Below are positions 1 through 12,699 of a stretch of DNA of 64,000 bases, piece by piece. The stretch covers positions 47,156 through 111,155 of the forward strand of contig CBFFRP010000366.1 of NCBI GenBank assembly GCA_965644295.1, given 5' to 3'. Within the stretch, counting starts at the first letter, position 1. The number at the start of each line of letters is the position of its first letter. The stretch comes from Paraphysomonas bandaiensis (taxonomy: Eukaryota; Protista; Chrysophyceae). The position numbers and the translations under genes were made by a program. Below the pieces are notes generated by a model. The model was not told where the DNA came from. It made no database searches and saw nothing but the letters and a program-made list of their open reading frames with translations.

Positions 1-554
1 TACCTGGCCTTGGTGATGTATGGATGATTGTTGCATTTGTAGCTGATGTGTGCGCTGAGCTAATGTTGGGTTGGGTATGTATAACGCGCTTCCTCACACA
101 TAAGAAAGGGGTGGAAAATAATACTGATACATTTTATGCATTTCTGTCTTTGGTTGGTCATATCATGAAGTATATCATGGTATTTGGACCTCAAGAGCCT
201 ACATACATTGTTGTGGTGGATATATTCATAGGTATTATTGCAACCGTTGTTCCAGGGCGACAAGCTAGACATCAGAAATCCGTTGCTGAGGTGAACTACA
301 ACATCTATACTTTTAACATCGAATAATTTGTTTATGCAGCATACTATTCAGTCAAAGAGAGACTTCGTTAGTTACATTTCCCATGAACTCCGAACCCCTC
401 TTAACACTGTTTATATGGGTATCCAGCTGCTCTCAACTCGCACTGCGCCATCGACGAAAGAAAGAAAGACCGAGGTGCACGACATTGTGAAGGACATAGA
501 ATCATCGTGTTGTATTGCAATAAATATTCTGTATGACGCAGCCTCGTTTGACAA

Positions 555-1742
555 CTCAACTGTCACCTCACAGTTTGGTTTGATAACCAAGACTATGGCT
601 CGTGATAACGCTAACTACTATCACTGTATAGGAATCAAGACAATGAGACCAAAGAAGTGATATTATTACAGGTAAACTTATGTTTCAATCAACTATACTC
701 GAGTGACTGACTCCCGCGAAGAATCAGCACGCAAACACCACCGCTAGTGATGTCAGGTCGCTAGTACCCAAGTATGGTTAACATAAACAAAACTGAGTCA
801 CAACAGAAACATAAAGTATGAAAACAACCGCAGAGCTGCACACACACAACGTCATCCATGTTACACTGTGTTGCAACACACAACCACAACGCAGGCTGTG
901 TCATACAAGCAGTATAACAATATACAGTCATGTCAACTACTCTATCAAATACGGTTGTACAACACTGTATAATGTATATCGTGTTGCATTCCTCATAACT
1001 ACAATTGTACTTGGAAAATACTAGCTAACGTACACTTTCATAACATAACAACAATCTTGCAGCAACATGCCACCTGCACGTCCTTAAGCTCAGAGTGTAT
1101 GTCTAAGGCGAAGAGATCCAAGAAAAGACGTGGTAAAGCCTCCCTGCAAAGGTATGAGGAGTCTCGGAGAAAGGCTATCCGAGAATATGCTGCAGAGCGC
1201 CGTGCACATGATATTGCTGCACGATGTCCTCAAGGTGTCTTAGACAAGTCTGGTAAGCTCTGCAAAGTAGTTCCTTATCTCTACAGTTCTTCCGCAGAAT
1301 GTGCACCCGAGGTTTGTTCCGCCGTATTGGACTTCTACCTCCAGTGCCTGCTCGCAATTTGCTTCATGCCCCACCTAATCATGGCCGGTACGTAAACACT
1401 CTGTATGATGCTGACCTCGCTGCCGGTATGGATTACAACTGTGAGTTTAGCGTTGATGAGTCTGGGTTGGATGTGGTCTGGGTGAAGACTCTGAGACCTA
1501 TATCCGAAGGTGAGGAGCTGATTGCTGACTATGGTGAGTGGTATCACCGCAAGAGTAAGCTACGCCTTAAGTGAGTAGTCATTTCTCCTTTTGTGGTAAC
1601 TAATAATTGTTGTTATCTCTGAGTGTTTTCTTGGTAGTTAGTCTATCTAGTGTCTTGTAGCCCCTTAGGAGAACACTATAGCCACGTAAGTAAGGCACGC
1701 GAGATGCCACGTGGTCACATCTGAGTGATCTTCTTGTGGTTA
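555..1742 (-). mobile_element. LTR plus partial 5' leader of a Gypsy-family element related to the element at 57583, inserted in the kinase HisKA exon
   Basis: Minus strand from 1719 reads TGTGACCACGTGGCATCTCGCGTGCCTTACTTACGTGGCTATAGT versus TGTGACCACGTGGCATTTCCCATGCCCTATCTACGTGGCTATAGT at 57583. Shared hairpins at 707-727 and 569-597. ACAA on both sides (551-554, 1743-1746). Confidence 0.85.
1099..1574 (+). CDS. Small SET-domain (lysine methyltransferase-like) ORF inside the LTR, frameshifted or spliced, with basic NLS-like N-terminus
   Basis: GRYVN...NCEF...VWVKTLRPISEGEELIADYG matches SET motifs III/IV. RGLF and AVLDF in adjacent frames rebuild motif I. N-terminus MSKAKRSKKRRGK. Confidence 0.75.
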
Positions 1743-3570
1743 ACAAAATCGAGGGTGGAAACATGCAGTTGGATCGGAAGGATGTATCCATCCGAGATTT
1801 ACTATCCACTGTCATTGATCCATTCGGCATACAGGTACGTAAATAGCTGGATTATTTGTAACACTAAATTGATGTGTGTCAGGCCCAGCAAAAAGATATA
1901 ATATTTGCGCACAGTGATGACACACACATTGACCCTTCCATCGATGCCGAAGATAGTCATATTTATGTCGATGTAATGAAATTCAGCCAAGTACTCCGTA
2001 ACCTAGTATCGAATGCACTGAAGTTTACTCCTACTGGAGGAAGGGTAGACGTGTATGCTTTTCTTACAACAAGGCATTCTTCCGATCAACTGGACAAATA
2101 TGAGCAATCAGCTCCTGGGAATAGAAATACCCTGTCGTTATTCCGGAAGAGCTCGGGTGTGGATGATCGATCCTCTGGATCACAATACCATGTGCCGCGA
2201 AGCTCACAGAGTGTTGAGACTGCAAGTATACTACGGATTGAGGTGCATGACACTGGGCCTGGTATATCTGAGGTAAAAATGACTGTACCTTGCGTCATGT
2301 GAATGTACTAATGGAAATGCGTAGGAGAACCAGAAGCGTTTGTTTAACGAAATTGTTCAGTTCAATGCGGCAGAACTTCAAGATGGTGGTGGTTCTGGTC
2401 TAGGTTTATGGATATCTAAGGCAATAATAGATCATCATGGAGGTAGATTAGGCGTATCATCTATTCCTGGCAAGGGTTCAGTATTTTACGTCGAGGTGGA
2501 TGTACTACCTCGAGAATACCTTTCTCATGACCCAGTAGATTCACCAGCACAACAGTCTCAGTTTCCCCGTGTAAATATGTTTCCATCTGTTACATACATG
2601 TTGCGCTCTATGATGCGTAAGCCTATCAAAGTAGATATTATGGGAAATGCAGTTGAGCTGTCAGAGGCCTCAAGTAGTTCGAATGATGTAGAAGAGTTAA
2701 CTGTGAACGACGTGGAAATAGGTCGAGTGCTAGTAGTGGATGACTCGGCTGTTAACCGGAAGATGATGTGTCGCATGTTGTCACCGCTGGTGGGATCTGT
2801 TTCTCAAGCAAGCGATGGTGCAGAAGCAGTTAAATTAGTACAAGACGCATCTGATGTTAGAGACCCTTACGATATTGTATTTATGGATGTAAACATGCCT
2901 GTCATGAATGGCGTGGAGGCAACTCGTATGATGAGAGAGGGTGGATATAAAGGATATATTTCATTCCTTACTGGAAATGCGATGCCAGAAGAACGACCAT
3001 CTTTCTTCGCTGCTGGAGGAGATGATGTCTTAATTAAACCCTGTACTTTCATGGATCTTCAAGGAGTTCTGACAGGTTTGTCACATATTCTATTGTCCGG
3101 TTTCGACGTCAATAATTTTGTATACAGCTGCACATAAAACTTCCTTGGCGTCGATTGTACAATCCGCACCATAGTACATGAGAAGGCTCTTGTGATATAT
3201 TCAGAGTTAGTTTGTATCAATGATATTTTATTACCATTCTGTTTCTTGAGTTGTCGTTTTTGTAGACTGAATATTTATGCTCAATATTCTGCTGATAATG
3301 AGTGTACAGGAGTTACTTTCGTTTAAATTGAAAACCTTTAAATTAGTAAATAATATTTCATAAAAGTCAACGTGTTCTACTTTAACGATAGCAGTTTGTG
3401 GGTGTTCTGTATTAACTATTTATAGTGATGTGCTTTCGTATAGGAGTCGCTATATCATAGATACATTCACCGGATAGCGAGTATTAGATGCCCTACGCAT
3501 TTGAGGGATCACTGTGCTCTCGGGGATTGGGAGCAACTGTGTTATGAAACAATATTTCGTGATATGCGAG

Positions 3571-4209
3571 AAAGTCTGATTATTAGCAGTAGGCGTCAAG
3601 AAACGACACCATTCAAGAAAGCCTGATTATTACATGAGAACGGTTGGGTACAGAAACCAGTATTATAGATCAAGAAACAGAAGAATCGACACCAGATAAG
3701 TAGCTAGATGAAGACTAGTCATGCTAGATCGACCTCTACCTGAAACTAACTAGCACAAATTCTCATATCCTACTCTATTTAACGCTACAGAAGCTGCTTG
3801 TGCGTCACCGTAAGCACCAAGGTGCAACCACTGTCGCTATATCACACTCAAACTCGCAAACGCAGTGAGCTAGCAGAATGTTGATATACCTGACACATGC
3901 TGACTTCAGAATTTTTGAATGCTTAAGGTGCACAGCCCGAATGCTTGACTTCAGTAGGCAGCCCATACACCCGGTTACCCTTCAAATGGGCCTCTTTGTT
4001 CGTCTGGGCCCAAAGACGTCTACACAAGTGACACTTCTATTAGTGTCCCTTGAAGAACCTTGAACCACGCAAGCATTTGGCTATGAGTGGGCAGAATAAA
4101 TATCTATATATCTATATATGCGGTTCACATTAATTTTTCGAATAAATCTCGCTGGTACTTATCCCACAGAACACCACCAAAACGTGCGAGTCCGACTTTG
4201 TCGAGGGGG
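3571..4209 (-). repeat. SINE-like dispersed repeat (copy A), with two stacked LINE-type 3' ends at 3571-3670
   Basis: Shares blocks such as GCTGCTTGTGCGTCACCG..AGCACCAAGGTGCAACCACT and GTGACACT..AGTGTCCC with copies at 11.3k, 37.0k and 53.0k. Confidence 0.8.
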
Positions 4210-4846
4210 TCTTATAATGCACCACATTGTGACTGACACATTCCATCAATAAATATTACAATATAACGGGAGACCTTCCCACTACACAATCTACACCCTG
4301 CCCACTATACCATCTACAGTATCAAATAAGATAAATAATAAATTAAAAGTTCAGGTGACAGTACTGAAAAACCGTTTGCTATTATGTTAGATGTGCACAC
4401 CTTATGGATCTTATATATAGATATATTCTTTGTTTTGTGGAAACAATTTATTTTCTTATACTACATACAATATATTGATATTGTTGTGCACTAAATGAAG
4501 CGCCATCAACGGCACTGACAATACTTCGTAATGCGCTGAGATTACATCATCTGAGAATAGTGAGATGGTGTTTTCACGTTTTTTTACTGCAGTAGTCTTA
4601 ACAATTTCATATTTAACCACTTTATATTTAGATTAAACCATAGTCTGCAACCATACTGAAAAAAATTGAAAAAAAACTGAAAATAACGTCGATTTTCATA
4701 CATAAAATAACTGTCATAAAATCAGTCGAAATCAGACAATGTGAACCACACTTCACACTTCATATCACAGTGTTGAGTCAGCGAATTGCAGGTCAAATTA
4801 ATGTGCTGGTAAGTTCATTGTATCCCCCATTCACTCATAGTTTGAC

Positions 4847-6277
4847 ATGGCATTTCGAAAGCGCAAATCAGGTTCTCTTTGCAACGATGAAGATGACGCG
4901 ACAAGAAGCTCAGAGCGTGCTCAGGAAATAGAGATCATTGGGCGTTGGAGACCAGTTGATTCGGCCAATGAGTCATTCCATCTGCCTCATACGGTTGATG
5001 CAGATCGATACCCTACGTTTAATTTTCGCACTGCCAGCTTCCTCAAGATATTCTTGCGTTTTGTTACAGTATCCCTTGTGACGAAAATAGCCCAGGATAT
5101 TGACCCTGCCGACTTGACATATGACTGTGGATCGGTAATTTTGCTTTCATTGTGTTCTATATATAAGCTTCTTGCAATTTGGATTCGAATTTATGGAGAA
5201 CAACATGCCCCAAGAGGTGTAATACGTCATTCGCGACCATTGCGTGAGCAACTTATATGGTACCGAGACCACTTTAAGGATTGTTATCCAAGGATTGATT
5301 CTCTGGGCATACGATTCATGGAAATTGTGACAACGAACTTTTTATTTGATAGTCGATATTCAAAGCAGTTGTCTCATAATTTTAGATCTATTTTACGTGG
5401 TATTGGCAATGTTGTAGCTGGCGATGAGAAGTTGCTGCATTTCTCAGGTGTGTATATTGATCAATTGAATACTATTATTAACAAGTGATTTATAGGCTAT
5501 AGTCCTAATATAAGAGTAGTTTATATGAAGCCTGAACGAATGGGCTTGTGGGTGTATGAGTTGTGTGTGAAGCTCTCCAATAAACACGCATATATGCTGG
5601 ACATGTGGTTGCATGATGCAATAGCTGATCTAGGAGAGTCTATACCTGTCAGCGCTGTAGTGGAACACTGGGGCAAAATCATACACTCTTTTAATTCTAC
5701 ACGAATGAGTAGCACTGTTCTTGTATTCGACTCGTATTATCTTGATGAAGCTGCACGAGAGGGACTTGCAAGGAAGAAAGTAAAATATATCGGGGCTGTG
5801 AATCCACAGCGCTTCCAAGCACTCACTCGTAAAGTTCGTGAAGGTGTCAATATACGAGGACAGTGGAATGGACTGTGGAATCAACAGCGTAAAGAACTCA
5901 TAGTTCATTCTTATACGAAGGATGGCAAGAAATATACCGCCTTGTCCAATGCTTATCATAGATCACCTACGAGGTCTACCACCAATTCTGTGCCTGTGTG
6001 CTCCGACTATGGTAAGATGTTTGCAGCATGTGATGTATTCAATTTACAGATTAAAGAGAGGATATGGCCTCATCGGCATGGTGGTGGAGGGCATCTAGGC
6101 GAAAGAGGAAAGTTTAGCTCGTTTGCGTTCGGCTGTGTTCTGCAAAATACATTCCATGCGTATTGTAATATTCGTTCGATAGATACAAATAGTATTGATT
6201 ATTATAGTTTCTGTAACGCGTTAGCTAGCGAACTGTACACACATGCTGATACTCTATCTAAGGAAACTATAGAATAG
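4847..6277 (+). CDS. piggyBac-like DDD transposase, apparently intact (intron 5448-5495)
   Basis: VAGDEKLLHFSG|YSPNIRVVYMKPERMGLW, LVFDSYY, YGKMFAACDVFN match the three piggyBac catalytic Asp motifs. Inverted subterminal motif AAACCATAGTCTG at about 4635 and about 6350. Confidence 0.85.
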
Positions 6278-6525
6278 AGGGGTACCGTGATTGCTTTGCT
6301 CAGTGTTGTAATAATTCCACTTTATATCATTGGTTACAGACTATGGTTACAGACTATGGTTTAGTCTAATTTTTAACATTGTTGACACATCATTTATATT
6401 CACTTAAAATAAGTGATGCTAACGAAGATAGCAATTGGTCTTAATCACACTCATTAACCACAGTCAGTAACCACACTTTTATAAGAAGTAATATATTTAC
6501 ATTCAATTAAACTTATTGTACTACT

Positions 6526-8001
6526 CTACTGAATAGTACTATCAGAGAGTGTGCTTGCATGCACATACAAATCGTTTGCTAGTGTTTGACTATAACTAAA
6601 GTACTCAAAATCTTCGGAATCGACATTCATTATATGACGATATAATACGTTGAAAGTGTTTTGAAGTATACAACCGAACATAAACGAATTATGCTTTGCC
6701 ACCATTCCTGTGTGGCCATCATACCCTGTGTTTGATTTGCATGTTGTATCTGTCACAGGCATGTAACAGCTTGGAATAGTCATCACAAACAGGAATATAT
6801 GTTGTAAAGGCTTTGGTTGCCCTCCTCGTGAACGCATTACTTAATGCTGTGCGTTGCATCCCATCATTTCTATGAGCGTGCACAATTATTTGCTTCTGTC
6901 TCTCGTTCCACAACCCATTCCATTACCCCTCATATCTACTTCGTCTCGCATCAGTCGTGTCAACGCAGGAAATTGCTTTGGATTAATAGCTCCTATAAAT
7001 TTCACTCCCTTATTATATGCAATATTTGCCACCCAGCATCATCCAAGTAATACGAGTCAAAAACCAGGACTGACTCAGTCTTATGGGCAGAATTAAATTG
7101 ATGTATGATATTGCCCCCCAGTTGCTGACAACGTTGTTGGAAACAGGTATAGACTCCCCCAGTGGTTTGATAGCATCGTGCAGCCATACATCCAACATGT
7201 AAGTCAACTTGTGTTTCAGAGGTGCACATATATAGCTCATACAGCCACAACCCTTCCTTGTCCGGTTTCATGTAAACAGCACGTACATCCGGACTTTTAC
7301 CTTCAAATCAATATTTTATTACGTATAGTAAGCAATATTTTGCTAGCACCTGAAAACTGTAGAAGCTTCTAATCTCCAGCAAAAGCACGACCAAAATCCC
7401 TCTAAGGATGCTTCTGAAGTTCGAAGATATATTTTCAGAGTAGCACTTGTCGAACGTAAAGTTGGAAGTGAATATTTCGGCAAATCGTATGCCAACGACG
7501 AAATCGTAAGATAATTTCTTCTGAACTCTTTCGGTAATACTCAAGTTGTGAACGCAGTGGACGGATCTTCTTCTGGACACCAGTAAACACGAACTGTTCG
7601 CCATAAATCCAAATTGCAAGCATCTTGTATATCTTACTCACAGATAACAGCACAGAGTCCCCTCTGTTGCAAAGGAGGTGCTCAGGATCTATATCTCGGG
7701 CAATTGTCGTGACAAGTGCAGGTGTAACAAACGTTAGAAATATGCTCAGAAGCGTTGGTCCTTCGCAGCTTAAACGTCGGATATTGGCTGAGAAGGTCTG
7801 AATCTGGCTAATGAAACGATTCATGTCTCCAATCAATCCGCTTCCACTGCTTTTGAAGCTTCTTCGACTCAGCCCTAATTTTGGCTTGTCGTGCATCCTT
7901 CTCTGTGCGCTCTTATGGAGACATCTTTCAGTATAAGAATGAGTCGAATATAATGAAGTTACCAGCACATTGCACATCATTTTGCCCTGTGATTGGGTCA
8001 C
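6526..8001 (-). pseudogene. Degenerate paralogous piggyBac-like transposase, tail-to-tail with the first copy
   Basis: Fragments MKPDKEGLWLYEL, YMLDVWLHDA, VLVFDSYYLDD, FMFGCILQNTF spread over several frames. Confidence 0.85.
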
Positions 8002-8566
8002 TGGGAGTGTTGTCTGCTGGTGTCATATAAATTCACATACTTCATTTGAGTCGAGTCCGAATTGACTGTTACGTTTTTTCCGTACATAGCAACAGTATTT
8101 TCTGTTTTTTTGAGCTGTGATGGTGAGTTTGAGTGTGGTTAAACCAAATACAGATGTTAGCCACTAGGACGAGTTGATGAACAAATCAATTTCTTGAGAA
8201 GGAGATTGAAAGAATCTTAATTCAGGAGTGATTCCCGTTTAGGCATTGCGTAAGGTTATGTCACGTTAGAATTTATATTATTGATAAAATTTCTGAAGCT
8301 AATGGGAACGCAATGCCGGATGTATGAATATTTCAATATATGACGAACGACATAAATGAGCAGAGAAGACAATAAGGGAAAATATTGACGGGATATAGTT
8401 ATAGCAATGTAAATAAGCATGCTTCAAGGTAGTAATTATTTCAGCCATGGGAAAACAGGGAGAATATAAATACCACGCAGGAGTCACAGTCACGAAAATA
8501 CAACGCCAGTATACTACGTGACACACTGTGACAACAACACTGCATTGACATAATTATTGGATGCCA

Positions 8567-9116
8567 TTAGTTAGAGTTGCAAACGCCGCAAGTTGAGCAA
8601 GTAGACCAGTACTTCCAGGTGTTGCCGCCCCACCCGAACACCATTTTAGCTGAAAAATATAAACATTAAAACATTAAATATATACACTCAGTATTGAATA
8701 GCCATACAGTATGTGTGAGACTATCAACATGAGTCACACTTACCGCAATTAAGATTAGTGCTGGGGTCACATGGAGCCTTCCCACCACTGCAAGATGACC
8801 AGTTCATGTCGTTGACCTGCCACAGACCAACATCATAACTGCCCCCGTTACCATTCTGATTAACAGCATTCGCATTTCCACCGCTCTCGTGATTCATGAT
8901 ACACTCACAGCTCGACTGCTTCCAACCAGAGTACTTCGAACACCATGAGCTGACACTCTGATAGTTAGTGGATGACCCGCACGGGCATGATCCACATCCT
9001 CCCGGACAATTCCCTCCACAGGTAGACGACGTCACGTTAAAGTCCACATGAGGGTTAGTGGTGCCTGCACAGGCGATAGCAAGAGAGCACAGGAGAAGAA
9101 CAACGGCTTTAATCAT
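8567..9116 (-). CDS. Secreted Cys-rich lysozyme/SLT-like protein (copy 1, 2 exons)
   Basis: Signal peptide MIKAVVLLLCSLAIACA; HESGGNANAVNQNGNGGSYDVGLWQVN matches the lysozyme-superfamily catalytic Glu and GLxQxN motif. Confidence 0.85.
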
Positions 9117-9701
9117 TCTTTTAGTTATTAATGAGACTGTATTTATCTTAGCAGATATACACACTCATATCATCTCATATCATACGTATGGTATCATCAC
9201 TCATACATGCGTACCACATGCAGCAGTACACCATACTGGTACAGTACAGTATATACGCTACCGGATATCTGAGATATCCCCATGCAGCTTTTGTGCCTGT
9301 ATTTCGAAGGATAGAAAGTTCTTTTTCTTCAACTAAAACTGAAACTGAAAACCATATGAATCGCCTGTACACAGCAACCTCTCGACCATATTCAAGGAAT
9401 ATTCATGTACAGGTGTGTCCAATACTAGTACCAGACATCTAGTTGTGCCTGTATCCAGTGAAATACAATAGCAATGAACACATATATACAGACGTCACTG
9501 TGTCGATATAATACAGTAATTAGGATTTTAGGGGTAAGCAAAAATGCTTACCACAAAAATGCTTACCCTTGTAACAGAAAATGACCTAACATATGCATGT
9601 ATGTATGTATGTATGTATGTATGAATGCCAAGACAACAACTGCCTGTTATTATAACACAACTCTACAACACACACATACATTCATCCAATCAACTAAAAG
9701 A

Positions 9702-10251
9702 ATGATTAAAGCCGTTGTTCTTCTCCTGTGCTCTCTTGCTATCGCCTGTGCAGGCACCACTAACCCTCATGTGGACTTTAACGTGACGTCGTCTACCTGT
9801 GGAGGGAATTGTCCGGGAGGATGTGGATCATGCCCGTGCGGGTCATCCACTAACTATCAGAGTGTCAGCTCATGGTGTTCGAAGTACTCTGGTTGGAAGC
9901 AGTCGAGCTGTGAGTGTATCATGAATCACGAGAGCGGTGGAAATGCGAATGCTGTTAATCAGAATGGTAACGGGGGCAGTTATGATGTTGGTCTGTGGCA
10001 GGTCAACGACATGAACTGGTCATCTTGCAGTGGTGGGAAGGCTCCATGTGACCCCAGCACTAATCTTAATTGCGGTAAGTGTGACTCATGTTGATAGTCT
10101 CACACATACTGTATCGCCATTCAAAACTGAATGTATATATTTAATGTTTTAATGTTTATATTTTTCAGCTAAAATGGTGTTCGGATGGGGCGGCAACACC
10201 TGGAAGTACTGGTCTACTTGCTCAACTTGCGGTGTTTGCAACTCCAAGTAA
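9702..10251 (+). CDS. Secreted Cys-rich lysozyme/SLT-like protein (copy 2, intron 10075-10168)
   Basis: Near-identical inverted copy of 8567-9116; exon 2 AKMVFGWGGNTWKYWSTCSTCGVCNSK*. Confidence 0.85.
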
Positions 10252-11280
10252 AATCACTTCTGGGCTAGTTTGCGTTACTGCATTTGTCCATGCCTACATC
10301 TATTAAATGTTGATGTTACATTTATGAATTTAGGCTCTGACCGATATGTTTTTTTTATGTAGTTAGAGTTATGCCTGATCTCGATGCAGTCATTTTGCCA
10401 TGTGTGTGTATTACTGAAGTCGGTATGATTATACACTATTCAAGTTTTATTAATGCAAAAATTCAAGTGTTTGCCACGAATAATATGCAGCAAAGCCATT
10501 GTAGATGAAGCATAACCTAAACTTCGAAACAACTTCAAGAATATTTCAAGAGAGTTTAAGTGCCATATCTGAAGCTGTACAGGTGGTTAAGGGTAGTGGC
10601 ATCCAGTTCTTTTAGGGTTTGGGTTGCATTGTGTTTACAAGGACATTTTGTACCTCATATCATACACACATCATTCTATCAGGTGCACTAGCAGAGATTA
10701 AGCGTATTGTATATAAATGTGATGATAACTCTAATTAAGGCAATAAGAAGCCTTTCGTGCGACTACCACTGTTCATATTCATCATCACACTTATGTACGA
10801 ATTTCAACACCTCACAGTTGTCATTTCCTCACAGTTGTCATTCCCTCAGTTTCCTTCTGTGGTAGGAGTGCATTTGTTGTAGCTGTTATATATATAAATT
10901 TGGGGGTTTCTTGCTATTCCCAAAGCATACACAGTATATACATTCAATATGAATCTCATTTGTTTTCGTAATGTTAATCAGGAAACAACTATTTCTTCTT
11001 ACAGCAATCAAGCTACTAATAGCTTTACAATCTAATATGAAGTTTTCAACATCATGAGGATAAGCTACAATTTAACATAGTGATAAGGAGTATCGTCCCT
11101 TGTCTATACTTTAAAACTCTGAATTTTCGCCCTCGTTTCAAAACTTGAGCGCGGGACGATATAGCCTCCTTATTACCTGGGGTTAAATATAGCTAAAAGC
11201 ATACGATATATCATTAGCAATTCTGTCTGGGTATGTTACCGGGAAAATTTTGTATCGTGACGAAATGGGCTCGTATCAGT

Positions 11281-11662
11281 AGTCGTGAATGTCTTATTAT
11301 TATTAGCAGTAGGCGTGTACGGTGTACTATTCAGAACTAATGTAGCATTGCAATTTAAATAACTAGTGCTTAACTCTGATATCCTACTATTTAGCGCTAC
11401 GAAAGCTGCTTGTGCGTCACCGCTAGAGCACCAACGAGTAACCATTCTGACTTCAGGATTTTTGAGTCCTTAAGGTGAACAGCCGATGCGTGACTTCAGC
11501 AAGCAGTCCAATACCGAGGATGCCCTTGAGGTGGGCCCATTCCCGGATGCCTGTTTATTCGTCAAGAAGGCCTAAAGACGTCTACACAAGTGACACTTAT
11601 ATTAGATATTAGTGTCCCTTGTACCACACAAGCATTTGGCTATGAGTGGGCAGAACAATATC
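11281..11662 (-). repeat. SINE-like repeat (copy B, internally deleted)
   Basis: Same conserved blocks as copy A. Confidence 0.8.
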
Positions 11663-12699
11663 TGCTGACTATATATGCATATATATATATATTTCTAGTA
11701 CAACATCACTACTAGTTGATAGTTGAGTAGTTTGTAATACCAAGGCATCAGGTAGCTGGCTATTACAAGTGTAGCAATCTTGGGTGTAGTGGAGATGGTG
11801 GATTATAAGGTTGTTGTGATATGAGGGCCAAGGCGAAGTAGTATAGGCAATAGCGTGAGATAAGAGGTAGAAGATGGTTAAGACAAGGTCACGAGATACG
11901 AGTATTAAGGCCAGATACAGGGTTGGAGTGTACCGGGACTATCCGTACATACGGACGTAACGGACGTTTATTGTAACCCGTACAGTATTATGGTAGTATA
12001 AGTAGTATGTAGACGTTGTATGAGACAATATGGAGTAGATATCAAAGGACAATAAGAGATTGCTGTAGGGATATTTCTGGAAGTAGAAATTAGCTATTTA
12101 TGGCTAGAAACCCATCTCTAGAACAGCTATGGAAAAATAGGCTAAGTTATACGAGTTTTTAGATAGGACAGAATCATAAGGTAAAAGGGATATAATAAGC
12201 ACAGTTAAGTGTTAGTGAAATTAAGCGCTATCTATCTGCCTACTGTCCATTGCGCGCATGGATAAAGAAGGTATGTCCGCTGAAACCCGTATGGATGACA
12301 CTCAATTATCCGACGTCGCCACACAAGTTTATAATTTGGGGGATTTTAGAATATCCAAATAGTGTTGTTGTTGCTATTAGCGCTCAATACTCAATACAGT
12401 ACAATACTTGCTGTAGCTTAGAAGCTGTAGACATGCAACTGAGATAATTGTGATCGTAGGTAAAAATAAGTTTTACCGTTTTGGGAGCAAGTGAATGTAT
12501 GGTCCAAAGTCCAAACGTCCATAGAAGTCAGTAGATTTATAAAATCAAAATAAACGAACTTTATAACATCGCTTTATTGTTTACTCTGAGTATTAGTTGT
12601 TGATTTAACCTCATGTCATATCAACGTCAAAAATACACACCAACAAGTACCCGACGAGTTGATTCTGCACTCAATAATTAGTCATAGAATTTAAAAATC

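Larger units (their letters stand above)
1..3174 (+). pseudogene. Membrane hybrid histidine kinase (TM-HisKA-HATPase-REC), 5' end outside window, interrupted by insertion 555-1742
   Basis: H-box SHELRTPLN, N-box RNLVSNALKFT, G1 DTGPGI, G2 GSGLGLWIS, receiver LVVDD...FMDVNMP...LIKP; short GT-AG introns. Removing the insertion and one ACAA copy restores ...AASFDKIEGGNMQL... Confidence 0.9.

Noticed and set aside
561-1719. Clean solo LTR bounded by TGTCAC...GTCACA
   Set aside because: No TSD at those ends, and removing only this segment does not restore the kinase sequence
3574-3660. CTGA...GAAAC as a hammerhead ribozyme (also 24467, 50963)
   Set aside because: Core is CUGAUUA, not CUGANGA, and no stems fit; it is the antisense of the LINE/SINE 3' end
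11700-12480. Possible LTR or other element (also 17150-17620)
   Set aside because: No second copy, termini or coding motif could be shown within the window
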